The translations under genes were made by a program, and so were the position numbers. The notes beneath the pieces were generated by a model, which saw only the letters and a program-made list of their open reading frames with translations, did no database searches and was not told the DNA's origin. Shown here one piece after another: positions 1-10,900 of a stretch of 64,000 bases of DNA. The DNA comes from Paramoeba atlantica (taxonomy: Eukaryota > Protista > Discosea), in NCBI GenBank assembly GCA_977017575.1, contig CDRNVI010000019.1:576630-640629 (forward strand), read 5' to 3'. Each line of letters begins with the position of its first letter. Within the stretch, counting starts at the first letter, position 1.

Positions 1-700
1 GCATTAAAGCAAGCGAAAAAAGGCGCGAGGGAACAAACTTGGCATTAGACATGACCCATTCTGCGTTGCCCTTATATGAGACTGCTTGTAAGATGGCAAC
101 CGAGTCTGACTTCGAAGAAGACAAAAAGTCCCACGCTTTCGTGTGAAGAGCTGCCGCCGCCGTATCTTCGTCGATAGGAACGCTGGTGTCGGTTGTTGCT
201 GTTGGCACGCTGGTGTCGGTGTCGGACTGCAAAATGGCGTGCGTCTGGTCTCCTTGGTGTTCGACTTGAGCTGAAAGATTAATTGGGCGCTCGAAAACTG
301 AATACCAAGAGGACTCAAAGGCTGCACACCGAATTGGGAGACAAGCCGTCAGGCCCAGCCCGCCTTTCTTAACCGGTAAACGTAACTGAGTTATCTGATC
401 CTGAGATAGCGTTCCAAACCACGAATTCAACACCTCTTCTACCTCGTGATCGAATAGTTTAGCTAGATTTTCGGAGACTATGGGGTGGTGTACTCTCAAC
501 TGGTAGTTCTGACGTACATTCACGCATTTGGACAACAATTGTGCCGACGTGTTGTTGATACCCATCTGCTTCAGACGTCGAAAAATTTCATAATGTTTTT
601 GCAAAGATTTCACCAGCTCTTCGCTGACCTTACTTTCTTCGCCGATGAAAGCACCCAGTACCTTTATCGTACAGTCTGCTTTTTTTACCTCTGCACTGCT
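1..700 (-). pseudogene. CRE-C non-LTR retrotransposon fragment (RT thumb / post-RT region)
   Basis: Manual translation of the minus strand gives IKVLGAFIGEE...IFRRLKQMGINN...CVNVRQNYQLRVHHP...RLPVKKGGLGLT...SYKGNAEWV. This is colinear with the 27882-31019 ORF. The frame has no ATG. Confidence 0.75.
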
Positions 701-1327
701 GAGTTCTTGCGGCATTGGAATGTTCCCCGTCCCTCGGCCGTGCCCTGAACATCGTAGATGGCTTCTCCTAGGCATTCCGAGGGTTGCGAGGGTGGAGGTG
801 ATTGCACGGCGTGCCCTTTGCATTGGTTCACGTGCGCCGTCTTTTTGTTGAGAGCGTAATGTCGACCGCATGCGGCGCACAGAAAGCGGCCCTCTTTCTC
901 CCACCAAACACTGGAAATTGCTTCCCCATGCCTGTAGGCCAGGTGGTGGTAATAGTACTGCCACTGCCCTCCGTGGGCTTGCGTCTTCCAGGTACACCCA
1001 TCTGCAGGGCACTCTCGTTGCGGCGGATCTTCCTCAGAAATGGGCGGGGTCGCAGGAACCTGGTCACTTGCCAGGGTCGGGGCCTGAGGAGTGGTCACTC
1101 GTGATACGTTTTCCGTAGGTTCGAGAACGTGGGGGCCCCGTGTGGTCTTGTAGTCCGCGGTTTCCGCTTTTCTTGTATTGGCTTTCTCTCGGGCCTTCTG
1201 AGGTTTCGTAGCGCCCCGAAGCTGACCCTTAGAACTCGGAGGTGTGGCGGAAGCTCTTCGACGAGGGAATTTCTTAGCCATGGAATTATTATCAAGCTGT
1301 GTGGTATCAACTTCGAGATTCGATCTG
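700..1327 (-). pseudogene. CRE-B N-terminal fragment with C2H2 and C2HC zinc fingers, interrupted by YR element 1 (upstream part at 6122-6200)
   Basis: CPADGCTWKTQAHGGQWQYYYHHLAYRHG...FLCAACGRHY...HVNQC matches the zinc-finger block of 53086-57204. Removing 1328-6121 restores the frame ...TPDTGCENGGDEETNHSRVLI|RSNLEVD. Confidence 0.8.
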
Positions 1328-2048
1328 GAATTGCACTTCCGGAAGAAAAACATATAGTCAATCAGATATAGTAAGCGTATGTAAACTGTAATGTTTAATC
1401 TGTAGAACTACATAGCTACCGAAATATAACATCCATCATGGACAACAGAGTAAAAGACATTATCTTCACCAGTACTGTAATATCAACTTCGCGAAGTAAG
1501 TATCAAACCTATTTTATATACCTCATGAACTTTTTCCTGGAGAGAACTCCCTTCCCTCCCTTTCTCGAACGGGTGTCCACGCGGGGAGTGGTTTGGGGGT
1601 TGGTGGGTGGGGCAAAAAGTTTCAAAGGATAAAAACGCGCTCTATTACCAGTTCACTGTATAATGTTTTGTGTCACTATATAAACTAGTTTATGAATAAC
1701 AAACGTACAATGCCCGTCGGCCAACTAACGTAAATATAATTCTCAGAAATCAAAATTTCCATTGTACAATTCTTTTCGTAAACTTTTAGAATTGCACTTC
1801 CGGAAGAAAAACATATAGTCAATCAGATATAGTAAGCGTATGTAAACTGTAATGTTTAATCTGTAGAACTACATAGCTACCGAAATATAACATCCATCAT
1901 GGACAACAGAGTAAAAGACATTATCTTCACCAGTACTGTAATATCAACTTCGCGAAGTAAGTATCAAACCTATTTTATATACCTCATGAACTTTTTCCTG
2001 GAGAGAACTCCCTTCCCTCCCTTTCTCGAACGGGTGTCCACGCGGGGA
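1328..2048 (-). repeat. Split direct repeats: B2 1328-1587, 26-nt spacer, A2 1614-1788, B1 1789-2048
   Basis: The two 260-bp B copies appear identical by eye (offset 461). The 175-bp A copy appears identical to 5947-6121. Confidence 0.95.
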
Positions 2049-2063
2049 CCACCCTTTCGCCAG

Positions 2064-4958
2064 TCAATCTTTCACCCCTTTCGCCACATTGTCGCAATCC
2101 CATCCTCCTCGGCTTATTGGATCCGCAGGGTTCAGTTTTGACGGAATGTAATGCGGCTGTACTATTATACCCTGTCTCTTTAAAAACTTAAGTAAACCTA
2201 TCAATTCGATATTTATTCCATCCGATTTGGTCGATTTTTTGCATATGGAAGCTAAGCATGATGTATTATCAATAAATAGGTCTACGCAGGTACCTCGTTG
2301 AAAATGGTGCGACAATTTCTCGAACGCGAGACGAACGGCCCTCGTCTCCGCTCGATTGACTTCATAATCGAAATCATCTTCCCAGCGACCTCCCACACAT
2401 ATCACGGAACCGTGGTCCAAATATATTATTCCTCCCCAACCTTTTGACGAAGCGTCCGTATACAAAACGTGGCTATGTGGTACAGTGTCGGGATGAGGCG
2501 GCGGCGCCACGAATATGTTTGAAATCAACTTTTTCTTCCATCGCGTCAAGTCCATGGTTACATTGGGGGGAAGATGAACCTTCACATCCAATAATGTCGG
2601 ATCATTGTTTAACGCATTTATACGGCGCCGCACTAATTTTAAGGTGAAGTGGTAATTGGCAACGGGTTCTCCCAGTACTGCTGATGCATGGACTAATCTA
2701 CCCACAGCTGATTCTAGTTTTCCGTACGTTGCATTCCGAAAAGTATCGCCTTGCATCTTTTTCACGATTCTCGGTCCCATTCTTACCTTACCTTCGGTAT
2801 GGCTGTATTCCACGCCATTAAAAACATACTGCTTCATGGGCTCCTTTTCTTTATCCTTAAACGTGGCGTTAACTTTCTCCGCGCGAGTTTCCACAAATTC
2901 CGTATACTGCTGAACTTGGTCTAGTGAACCTGCACTTCTCAATCCATCCACATATACATCGACCTTAAACTGTTCTGTATACGCCGTCTCGGCTCTGCAA
3001 TACTCCGGATCTCCTGCGATTGTGGATGTAATGGTGTGCATCAGTTCCGGGGCGCACCGGTGCCCCATTGGCATCACATTAAGTTCAAACAACTCACCGT
3101 TTACTGCGCGAAATCGAAATTTTGTTCTACTTGCTACCGGAATCGGTACTTGATAAAATCCACATGTCAGGTCACGCTTCACACCAAAAGCTTCCTGCGC
3201 TCGATGGAGATAATAAGCCGCGTGTTTTAACGGGACGTGCGGCATGTACTCGTTCTTAATTCGCTCATTATCCTCCTTCGTCCAGGCTATGAAGCGCCGC
3301 CTCTCCGTTTCCCCTTTATCGTCCGCAGGCTCAACTACTGTGAACGGTATCACCCATTGATTGGATGGTCTTTTGTTCTCCTCCTCAGGGGAAACACGCG
3401 AAACAATACGTGCGTCTAGCAAATGACTAATATCTTCCATGTTCAATCGTGGATTTACCTTTGGCTCACTATCGGGTTTCTTCCTCCGATCCAACAAAGT
3501 ATTCAACGTTTCTCTAAACCGGTTTCTTGTACTTCCATTCATCATGTTCTCAATTTCATTGACATCCATTTTGGGAATTTTCTTTACGTGCAGTGGTAGC
3601 TTTAAATCTTCCTCCGTGGCCAATTTTGTCGTACGTCTGGTACGTACAATCGTGTATCGATGCTTTTCCTGCGGCATGTCCCGCAAATATTCTCGAAATA
3701 ACTCCTTCATTGCTAAAGCGTCCTCAGTTTGGCTGTCGCCTTCCCCGTTCCTAGAGCTAGCGCGGTGGTAACTGGGTTTGAATTGTAACGCAACAGGGAC
3801 TCGATCTGCTGGTGCTTCGCTAATTTTTTCACATCTTCGATTCCCACTGTCCCCTTGACAACTTCCTGGAATAATTGCGTTACTGCTCCTCTCTTGGCGG
3901 AATGTGTGCCGAAACCCTCTCCCAGAACCCTCTTTATATTCCTGTCCATCTCTCTCACATTTGTCCGGCACATTCGATCCCATGACCTGAGCGTACGTAC
4001 GTATTGAGCCAATTCGATTGTGCCCTGGCCCTGGATGACTGTGTACATCGATTCGCGCCACGGGTTGCACCTTGTAGCCTTTGTCCCCCTTCCCCAAGCA
4101 ATTACAACCTTTTGCGGTGATATTTCCACGAATTTGTCCTTGGTCAAATTGGCGGTTTCGGACCAACGGGATGCTGCCTTCCAGCACATCAGCAATGTTT
4201 GACTTTCGGATTGGGTGCACCTTCTTCGTATCTTGTTCAGTAGGAATGGTGTCAACGGCTGCATCTGATGTACTGGCTCCTCTGCTCCTTGTGCCTGAAG
4301 AGCTTTGCAAAAGAATTTTATTGGGACAGTATTTAATCCGATCAGGTTGAATAAGGTCATTAGCGCCCTTCCGTAGGACACCTTGGTTTGTATTGACACT
4401 GGCAGAAGTTGCACGAACGTCACTGCGTGAAGGGGTGTCTGTCTTATATGATTCCCGGTGCAATATACCAGGAACCTTTCCCACAACCTTGCTCGTGTCT
4501 CCCACGTCGACGAGCTCCACATTCCGGACATCGCGTCCAATGCCACGCGTACCTCGGGAGTAATCCTGCTTACCCCCATCAACAGACTCAAAAGATTTTT
4601 CCGAGCCACACTCCTGCATTCCAGGCTCAATGTTCCCTGGTACAAATTTCCACAAGCAATTGATCTTCCATTCGAGTCTTTCACATTTTTTACACCCCCT
4701 TGTATCACTCGCGTTCTCTTCGCTACACTCTCCCTTTGATCCCCTGGATGTATCCTCTTGTATTTGACTGCTTTGCTTCTGCCGCGTTTGGCGGGTATTA
4801 TATGCGAGATGTTCGTTCCTGGATCTATACGCGTGTATGTGACTCGAGGAACACTGGCGATTAATGGACGGGCGTTTCATAACGACTTTCCGCCCTGGGG
4901 GGCGTTGCCAGCCGTCCGCTGACGAAAATCCGGCGGTGATGTGCGTTTGTATGGGCAA
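2064..4958 (-). CDS. RT/RNase H of YR element 1 (conserved core 2064-3710; the frame stays open across the YR ORF)
   Basis: RT: KRDLTCGFYQV, MPMGHRCAPELM, VYVDG. RNase H: LYTDASSKGWG, AETRAV, FIDNTS, NPADPISR. Confidence 0.9.
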   Translation of the reverse strand: MPIQTHITAGFSSADGWQRPPGRKVVMKRPSINRQCSSSHIHAYRSRNEHLAYNTRQTRQKQSSQIQEDTSRGSKGECSEENASDTRGCKKCERLEWKINCLWKFVPGNIEPGMQECGSEKSFESVDGGKQDYSRGTRGIGRDVRNVELVDVGDTSKVVGKVPGILHRESYKTDTPSRSDVRATSASVNTNQGVLRKGANDLIQPDRIKYCPNKILLQSSSGTRSRGASTSDAAVDTIPTEQDTKKVHPIRKSNIADVLEGSIPLVRNRQFDQGQIRGNITAKGCNCLGKGDKGYKVQPVARIDVHSHPGPGHNRIGSIRTYAQVMGSNVPDKCERDGQEYKEGSGRGFRHTFRQERSSNAIIPGSCQGDSGNRRCEKISEAPADRVPVALQFKPSYHRASSRNGEGDSQTEDALAMKELFREYLRDMPQEKHRYTIVRTRRTTKLATEEDLKLPLHVKKIPKMDVNEIENMMNGSTRNRFRETLNTLLDRRKKPDSEPKVNPRLNMEDISHLLDARIVSRVSPEEENKRPSNQWVIPFTVVEPADDKGETERRRFIAWTKEDNERIKNEYMPHVPLKHAAYYLHRAQEAFGVKRDLTCGFYQVPIPVASRTKFRFRAVNGELFELNVMPMGHRCAPELMHTITSTIAGDPEYCRAETAYTEQFKVDVYVDGLRSAGSLDQVQQYTEFVETRAEKVNATFKDKEKEPMKQYVFNGVEYSHTEGKVRMGPRIVKKMQGDTFRNATYGKLESAVGRLVHASAVLGEPVANYHFTLKLVRRRINALNNDPTLLDVKVHLPPNVTMDLTRWKKKLISNIFVAPPPHPDTVPHSHVLYTDASSKGWGGIIYLDHGSVICVGGRWEDDFDYEVNRAETRAVRLAFEKLSHHFQRGTCVDLFIDNTSCLASICKKSTKSDGINIELIGLLKFLKRQGIIVQPHYIPSKLNPADPISRGGWDCDNVAKGVKD
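3713..4708 (-). CDS. Tyrosine recombinase of YR element 1
   Basis: Catalytic set R (KAASRWSE), K (GTKAT), HxxR (THSAKRG), H (LAKHQ), Y (LLRY). In frame with gag beyond a single TGA; start codon uncertain. Confidence 0.9.
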   Translation of the reverse strand: MIQGGVKNVKDSNGRSIACGNLYQGTLSLECRSVARKNLLSLLMGVSRITPEVRVALDAMSGMWSSSTWETRARLWERFLVYCTGNHIRQTPLHAVTFVQLLPVSIQTKVSYGRALMTLFNLIGLNTVPIKFFCKALQAQGAEEPVHQMQPLTPFLLNKIRRRCTQSESQTLLMCWKAASRWSETANLTKDKFVEISPQKVVIAWGRGTKATRCNPWRESMYTVIQGQGTIELAQYVRTLRSWDRMCRTNVREMDRNIKRVLGEGFGTHSAKRGAVTQLFQEVVKGTVGIEDVKKLAKHQQIESLLRYNSNPVTTALALGTGKATAKLRTL

Positions 4959-5944
4959 TCTTTAATCAAATGGTCTGGTGATCTGCAATTGTAACATTGC
5001 GCGCGATAAGTTCCGTACGAGGGGCGAAACGATTGTGAACATTGACCTGTTGATCCTCCTCCGAAATATGTCCCTGTTCGTCGTAGCGCAGAGAAAGAAG
5101 TGTACCGACTACGTTGCTTTTCACGCTCACTCAACTGATCTGTTACATGCTGATAGAATTTGTCGTGCGCCCGATCATCTTTGTCCATTTTTCGGTGAAC
5201 CGCCTCCACGTCTACCTTGCAAGCACGCCAGTAAGCATCACGTAGACTTTGGATTATCGCTTTCCCCAACTCCAAAAACGGACCTTCATTCCAGCCCGGA
5301 GTTTGGCGTGCCAACAATATCCACTTTCCCAGCAACTGATCGAAATTCCGCTCCTGTTGCATCTGAAATGATTTGTCCTGATAATATTGATTCAATCTCA
5401 AACCATACTCGGGAGCTTCCTTTAATTCTCGAAAAAGGTCCTTAATTCGAAAGCCGTCGTCGTTGCGTTGATCTATATGCCCCGGCCAAGTCACAGGTTC
5501 ATACGGATCAATCTTGTAGGTCGCTACAGATCCAAAGGGCTGCACGTTAATAGGCAGGGGCCGTCCGCCTTCCAACGCACACTCTTGTCCTTCGCTCGAG
5601 TGTCCCAGTCCGTCTTCTAGATCAATGCGATAGTAATTTAACTCTTTGTGGGGAAATGGATACTCTCGATCTGGCTCCTCTTCCCATACCGCCCACATTT
5701 CCATCCCGACTCGACGTACTTTCCCGTGGGATATTTGTTTCGCCGAAGTCGCCGCGTTCTTCCGATTCCATGCCGCCTTAATGTGCAACGAATGATTCTG
5801 ATCGCGGGAAAGAAGCAGTTGCTCACAAACTCTCGTCTTCACCACGGCCAACTCTTCTCTACTCATGGGGTTGTCTGGTACCACTGAAGGTTCACGGGAC
5901 ACGCTTCTCCGTGCCTCTATGGAGCTACGCGGCGACGGAGGCAT
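4877..5944 (-). CDS. Gag-like ORF of YR element 1
   Basis: C-terminal zinc knuckle CYNCRSPDHLIKDC. The ATG lies 2 nt downstream of repeat A1. Homologous to 18308-19270. Confidence 0.88.
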   Translation of the reverse strand: MPPSPRSSIEARRSVSREPSVVPDNPMSREELAVVKTRVCEQLLLSRDQNHSLHIKAAWNRKNAATSAKQISHGKVRRVGMEMWAVWEEEPDREYPFPHKELNYYRIDLEDGLGHSSEGQECALEGGRPLPINVQPFGSVATYKIDPYEPVTWPGHIDQRNDDGFRIKDLFRELKEAPEYGLRLNQYYQDKSFQMQQERNFDQLLGKWILLARQTPGWNEGPFLELGKAIIQSLRDAYWRACKVDVEAVHRKMDKDDRAHDKFYQHVTDQLSEREKQRSRYTSFSALRRTGTYFGGGSTGQCSQSFRPSYGTYRAQCYNCRSPDHLIKDCPYKRTSPPDFRQRTAGNAPQGGKSL

Positions 5945-5946
5945 AA

Positions 5947-6121
5947 AAAAAGTTTCAAAGGATAAAAACGCGCTCTATTACCAGTTCACTGTATAATGTT
6001 TTGTGTCACTATATAAACTAGTTTATGAATAACAAACGTACAATGCCCGTCGGCCAACTAACGTAAATATAATTCTCAGAAATCAAAATTTCCATTGTAC
6101 AATTCTTTTCGTAAACTTTTA
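5947..6121 (-). repeat. 5' terminal repeat A1 of YR element 1
   Basis: Identical by eye to 1614-1788. Confidence 0.95.
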
Positions 6122-6320
6122 ATGAGAACACGTGAGTGGTTCGTTTCTTCGTCGCCTCCATTTTCGCATCCTGTATCAGGCGTTTGTTGTTGAGTTAAGA
6201 TATCACACGTGTTCACATATCGCACATATGTCCCGCATAAACGATTAGAAGTATGAACACCGACGATAAAAATTCTGAAAAGGATGCATTTGGGGATTTA
6301 ATCCTTTTGTTTAGTGTCAC

Positions 6321-6556
6321 TGTCTGTGAACATTCATCTCAGTTTCTTTTCATAGACTTTCAGTCGTCTAAACTTCAACTCTTATATCAATAGTCAACGC
6401 CTACCGAAAAACTCGCACGTGCCTAAAAAGCCGTATTGTCTGTGAACATTCATCTCAGTTTCTTTTCATAGACTTTCAGTCGTCTAAACTTCAACTCTTA
6501 TATCAATAGTCAACGCCTACCGAAAAACTCGCACGTGCCTAAAAAGCCGTATTGTC
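6321..6556. repeat. Tandem duplication of ~116 bp covering a CRE-C stop codon and 3' UTR
   Basis: The unit tgtctgtgaacattcatc...aaaaagccgtat starts at 6321 and again at 6437, with a third TGTC at 6553. Confidence 0.9.
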
Positions 6557-7838
6557 CACTTGAGTTGTGGCTATGTATTTGCGGAGTTGGGACATCACCA
6601 CTGAACCGTTAAGTTCCTGTAGTCGAAGGGTGAAATCCTGTACTACGAAGTCCCGTTCGAGTCCACATGCATCAGCCAGGGTTGTGATAAGCGCTTTGGT
6701 GTTGCTGTGCATTGCACCGCCGGAGAGCATTGGTACACATTGGAATTGCTCATTAGGAATAAGCTTAGACGCCACGTATTTGGAGACTTTGCGTTTTATG
6801 GCATCACGGAAAAGCTGAGCGGTGCTACGTCCAACATTTGATTGCGATAGCTCGTGGACGATGGTGAAATCGTAGTATACATCTCCGCTTGCCCAATGAA
6901 TCACGATGTCTGGGCCCGAATGATAAAAAGATCCGGATCCGCAGGTTCTTTGGTGAGGGGATTTGCCGTCGCCATCTACGCTTGCTCCACATTTTGCGCA
7001 AGTATAGGTGGAGAACTGTCTGGGTTCCAGCTCACAGGGCAGACCTGATTTTATGCATAATTCATAAATATTCCGAACCATCCTGTTGTGCTTTGCCGTT
7101 GCGTTATTGCCTGAACATTTGACGCACCCGGACACGTGCGTGAGCGCTGTATGGGGGGTAAGTAATGCATGGCACCCTGGACACTGTAAATTGGAGGGGA
7201 GGCTCGGATGTGCAATCCCAATGCGTGGCATAATTGCTAACTTGAAAAGTCGCGTAGGTACAAGTCTAGAATTTGAGGTGAGCCATGAATAGTTACCTTT
7301 GGAGCTAGCTGCTCGTATTATGTGGGCTTGCGTTTTGTCTGTCATTAATTTGTCCCGTATGTCGTTGTGGTAGAGTTCCTCGGTGACTTCTTCTTCCTCC
7401 GTAGGGGCGTGCTGGCTGAGTTGAGGTTGGCTCTGCACTACGCCTAAACGAGCGGCGGGAGCTGAAAGGTGAGATGGTCGCTCCGTTGCTGCAAGTTTCG
7501 AACGAGTGTAGGCTGCCTCTCGAAGAGGTTCTGAGGGAGTAAGTCCAAGCCCGCCTTTTTTGAGGGGAAGGCGTGCCCAAGAAAGTTGTTCTGCTGTGAG
7601 TTCTCCAAACCACGTCTGTAGCGTATCTGATACCCTGGAGTCGAATTGTCGCGTAAGGTGCAATGATGTGTCTGGGTGGTGGACGCGAATGTGATATCTG
7701 TGGCGCACGTTGACACAGCGTGATAGGAGGAGGAGAGAAACGTTGCTTGCCCCCATAAGCTGTAGACGACGGAAGATAGTTCGGTGCTTTTCGAGCTTTT
7801 GCAGAAGCTTCTCACTTACGATGTCTGGCTTTTTCTTA
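6539..7838 (-). pseudogene. 5'-truncated CRE-C element (post-RT region, CCHC, RLE)
   Basis: RLPLKKGGLGL, CPGC...HVSGC, HSGPDIVIHW...YYDFTIVH. Confidence 0.85.
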
Positions 7839-7981
7839 AGTAGTAGTAGTAGTAGTAGGCAGGTTGGTCATAAAACGAGCAAAATACATTTTTTTTACTT
7901 CGTCATCTGACTATGAGGGAACCAAAATTACTCTTTCAAGTTTACATCAATCAATCAATCAAAACTTTCAGCTGTGTAGGT

Positions 7982-10900
7982 CTACGAATTGATAGAATCT
8001 AGCCATGCGGCCTTTGGTAGGCTGTCGCGTAATTGCGTGACAATCGTGTACGCATTCAGCTTTTCAATCTCTAGTTGAAAAGCCTCTACTACTTCTTTCA
8101 CATTCAGATTTGCTCTCTTCGCTAAAGCTGTTATTAATTTTCGTGTATGTTCATGAAAAAAACCACTCTCAGTCATTGGAATGCATTTAAAATAATCATC
8201 TTCTATTCCGCCAGAGTAAACATACTTTTTCTTTTTCCTTTCAATAGCATTTTGCAGCAGTTGTGCTTCTGTCATTTTTAGGTAACTTGGGCTTCCGGTG
8301 TGGACGACTGTAATGTCATACAGCACTTCACCTATGTGAGGCCACATGATTCCTAGATCGGGGCCTGATCTGATTCTGCGGGCACGGCAGGGATGTTTTT
8401 CTATCTCTCCCTCGGAAACGTGAGCTTTACATTTGGTACAGTAGAAGGAAGAATGTGAGCGCGGTTCTACTACACAGGGGACACCAGCTTTCGAGCAGAG
8501 GGACGCAAGGAACCTGACGAGATATGAGTGTTTCTTGGTTGCGTTCATTCCGTTACATTTAGTACAGCCGACAATGTGTTGGAATATGTGAGCAGAGCTA
8601 ACCTCGGCGGCACATCCAGGGCAATCGATCTTGTCATTTAAGGTTGGAGGCTTGATCCCAAGTCTAGTCATAATTACGTATCGAAAGAGGTACGGATTAA
8701 TGTAACCAGAAGAAGACTGTAGATGACTAAAGGATGATGTTGTCCGTTTTAATACGGAGTCGAGTCGCGGATCTTTGCGAATCTCTTCTGACAGTTTCTT
8801 TTGCTCAAATTTTATGGACTTCAACGCTTGTTTTCGGGCCTTTTGCTGCTTGAGTAAAGGGAGTGCGACGTGCCGTTCCTGAGTGGAAGTCTTCGACTTG
8901 CGCGCGTCTACCGGAGCTTTTGTGGTTTGAATTTGCTCATCAATAGATTTGGAGGCAGTGTCGAAGAAGTAGCGATGTTTCAAAACGGAGGGAGTTAAAC
9001 CGAGTCCTCCTAGGTACTGTGGAAGGGAGGCGAGTTGCATCGAAGTTTTGTCGGCGAAAAACCAATGTGAAACTATATCGTTGATCTCTTTATCAAACCG
9101 CTGTGCCATTTGCAGTGAGTCTTTCGGGCGGTGTACTCGTAAATGATAGTCATTACGGGGAAGCGCGCATCGCTGTAGTATGGCCAACGAGATATTACTG
9201 GGTCCCATTTTCCGTAGCCGTCGGAACAAACATTTGTGCTTCTCAAGCTTACCAACGAGGAGCTCACTTACTTTCTTGTGATCTCCGATGTAAGCACCCA
9301 GGATCTTAATAGCTTCGTCACGCTGGAATACTCCTAAAGAACTAATAGTGGACGGGGGCTTGTTCGTCGCGTTGTTAGTGTCTTTGCTAAACCACTCTGA
9401 CTTTGTAAAATTAACCTCAAGCGCTAAATCGGAGGAAAGCTCTCGGAGGTGTAGGAAAGCGGCCTCTAGACATTCTCGGTTCTTCGAGGACAGCGTCACA
9501 TCATCCATGTATGCTCGGATTTTCACATCAGGAAAAAGCGTGGCGACTTCAACAAGCGCAGTGTGCAGTAGGGTACAAAAATATAGAGAGGAGAGAGCGG
9601 ACCCCTGTCGAACTCCGGATGTGCTCTTAATAACGGCGTGGAGATCGTTGTTTGCAAAGAAAAGCAAGTCCGAAGGGTCGCCATATTCAAGGTAGAAAAG
9701 CCTCATGAAAGGTCTGAAAATGTTGTTTTCGTTCAACGCGCGAGCTATAGCTGCTCTTTGCGGCGTGTTATACGCGTTGGAGTAATCCACTGTCAAAATC
9801 GTATGTCCGTCATCGTAGTCGTGAAGAAGTTCATGTACAAGGCTTTCGCATGCGTTCTTCTGTAAAATACCGCTTTGGTAGGGAGAAAAGAAGTTTTTCA
9901 AAGTGTCTTCGTGTCTTTGCAGTAGAATAGAGCCGCATACTTTCAGGATCGTGTCGCCCATCGCAATCGGTCTGATTCCATTTTAAGGTTTCGGTAGGGC
10001 AATAATCCGGCAACGTGTTAACCTATTACGGACGGATTGGCTTATTTCCCCATTGATTACATCTCGGAACATGTGGCAAAGTGCAGTGCAGGATTCGACG
10101 TCATCGATTAGGAGACGGATAATGTTTTCACTTAAACCTGTTGGTCCAGGGGCTGCTCCATGTGAGAGTTTGTTCACGGCCGAGCGTACTTCATTCACCT
10201 CAATCACAGCAACTCGAGGGTAGTCGTGAGAAGGGGCGGGAGGGGAATCTCCTGGAGGGTGTAGTTCTTGCAGTTTCTTAACTTTTTCGTCAGCGCTTAA
10301 TTGAGAGTCCAGGTAAACGTTGTCAAGAACGCGTGTGGCCTTGCCGAGGTTTCCAGCGCGTGCAGCCTTAAGAGCATTTCGGATGGACCGACGGTCAATA
10401 TCAAGTTCCTTCACTTCAGCTTTGGTAAGGTGCTCGATTTCTTCAGTTCGAGGCTTGTTGGGATAGTGAGGTACACTGTCACGACGTAAAAGCGCTTTGC
10501 GAACGGACGTGAGGGAGTCGCGCGGGGCGTTGAGGAGTTTGTGCCATATAGCCTCTTTTTCTGATGACATCTCTGCTCGAGGATAGTCTCGGATGATCGA
10601 TCGAAAAATGGCGATTACGTGTACAGAAAAGGTTGAGTCAATTGGTGTGAAAGGTGGTAACGGTTCCAAATCCCCTCCGTTGTCAATGTCCTCAGTCTCG
10701 TCTGCTACGTTTTCCATGGTCTGCACTTCAGAGTTTGGAATTTGGCGGAGTTCTGTCGCGTGGGTGTGTAGAATCTTGATCTTAGAAGATTGAGGAAAGT
10801 GAAGTATTCCAGACGGTCCCGTCGTTCCCGGGGCAGGCTTGTAACTGACTTGAATGTGTAGTGCTTTTTTCCGCATTTTGCGTGAGACGACTTCACCAAT

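Larger units (their letters stand above)
1328..6121 (-). mobile_element. Tyrosine-recombinase retrotransposon 1 (VIPER/TATE-like gene order) with split direct repeats A1-ORFs-B1-A2-B2
   Basis: It carries gag (CCHC), YR and RT/RNaseH ORFs. Repeats: A 5947-6121 = 1614-1788 and B 1789-2048 = 1328-1587. There is no TSD. Confidence 0.92.
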
